From positions 36,272,001 through 36,336,000 of the forward strand of contig NC_087447.1 of NCBI RefSeq assembly GCF_036321535.1: a DNA stretch of 64,000 nucleotides. Direction: 5' to 3'. Position numbers and translations under genes: made by a program. The notes below the pieces were generated by a model that was not told the DNA's origin, did not search any database, and was given only the letters and a program-made list of their open reading frames with translations. This DNA is from Camelus dromedarius (Eukaryota). Shown one piece after another: positions 62,809 through 64,000 of this stretch. The stretch's first letter is position 1. Each line of letters opens with the position of its first letter.

Positions 62809-64000
62809 GTCAGCTCTGGTGGGCTCTCTCAGGGCCGGGGTCCACCCCGGGGGCAAGGGAGTGACATGCTGGCCCGTGCTCCCTCGTGCCCGTGCTCTAG
62901 TCTGTCCTGCTGTCTGGCTCTCTCCCTTGTCCCCCGCCTGTTTGCTTCTGGATGTTGCTGCCAGCCACTGCAGCCGTGCTGGGGCCCAAGCCCCTGGTGC
63001 TGGGGAGGAGGCTGCATGTGGTGTGAGGAACCTGAACTGTGGCTTCTGTGGCTGTGAGTAGTGACTGCCAGGCTGGTGTGTGGTCATGTCCAAAGGGCTG
63101 TGCTGACTGTCATCCTTGTTGCCACCTTGAGCGCTCTTTGGGATGCTGCGAGGTGTGCATCAGCCTGGAGGGAGAAGGCTGTCTCATCCAGACAGTGCCC
63201 TGCTGGTTGACAGAGCGTCCTCACATCCCTCAACCTGGTGAACTTCACTGTAACCTGGGACAGGTTAGGTAAGGGGGCGGGTAACAAAGTGACTTGTCCA
63301 GGATCCCTCAGCTAGTGGCATGCAGGCTAGAGCCAAAATCCACGCCCTGTCTGGCACAGTGTTCTGAACTGTTTCCAAGGCATGACGGGTTGTAGGCGTG
63401 CGCCTCAAAGAGCGGCCAGGCGGTTGTTCTCGCCGGGCATCCTGAGCGGCTTAGAGAAGATGCTGGTCCACATGAGGCTGAGCCCTTTAGGCTGCACAGA
63501 AGTAGGCAGAGGGCAGATGAGGCGAATGATGAGACTGTCACCTTCCTTACCTGTCCTGTTTTAGTGGGGCCTGGGGGACTCAGGAAATGTATTTGGAAAA
63601 ACGAATGTAAGGGAGCATGTGCAGAAATCTTACATTGTTAATTCCAGTGATATTTTAATAACATTCCTCTGCTCTGTCCCTCTTACTGCTGTCAGACTGG
63701 GCTGATTGAGGAAGTAAGGATGGGTAAGGGGACAGTTTAGGGGCAGAAATAAGATCGTGCAAGTCACTGGTGTCCCCGGCAGTGGTCCTTCAGGTTTTCT
63801 CATGCCTAAAAGCACTGCCTGAGCATTTCACATTATTTACTTTTGTGTCTGTTTTACATCAGAGCTGTAAACTTGGACCACCTTCCTAGCCCTGGCTTGC
63901 TTTGGCTTGCTGGGAAGTCTCTTAGTCGTCTGAGAAAGTCATGCCTACACTATTTTTCTTAAGCTTTTATAGGCCCTCTGCTCACAGTTAGCTTCTGTGA

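Noticed and set aside
1..64000. CRISPR array, operon-like system, intact transposase/RT, rRNA, snoRNA or miRNA
   Set aside because: No regularly spaced repeats, long intact mobile-element ORFs or convincing structured-RNA signatures were seen; an Rfam/Infernal scan would be needed to exclude small ncRNAs.

Overview
Mammalian genomic DNA, probably camelid (inferred from several tRNA-derived SINE copies resembling the camelid Vic-1 family). The window lies inside PLEKHA7 on the + strand. Nine GT-AG coding exons (approximately exons 4-12 by human numbering, recalled rather than aligned) splice into one open frame of 1732 nt covering the end of WW2, the whole PH domain and the Pro-rich middle region. 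The start and end of the gene lie outside the window. Introns contain the usual MIR, L2, L1, MLT1 and MER relics plus younger SINE and L1 insertions with target-site duplications. I found no prokaryote-type system, CRISPR array or bona fide RNA gene, and almost all ORFs in the supplied track are noise. The most interesting signals concern isoform architecture: a 120-nt in-frame cassette exon (62689-62808), a candidate internal first exon encoding a WW-less N-terminus (MLGFFGGR), a duplicated splice acceptor inside the PH domain, a candidate WW-only terminal exon, and a zinc-knuckle-like CCHC motif. Repeat family names come from recall of consensus sequences and their boundaries are approximate unless TSDs are given.
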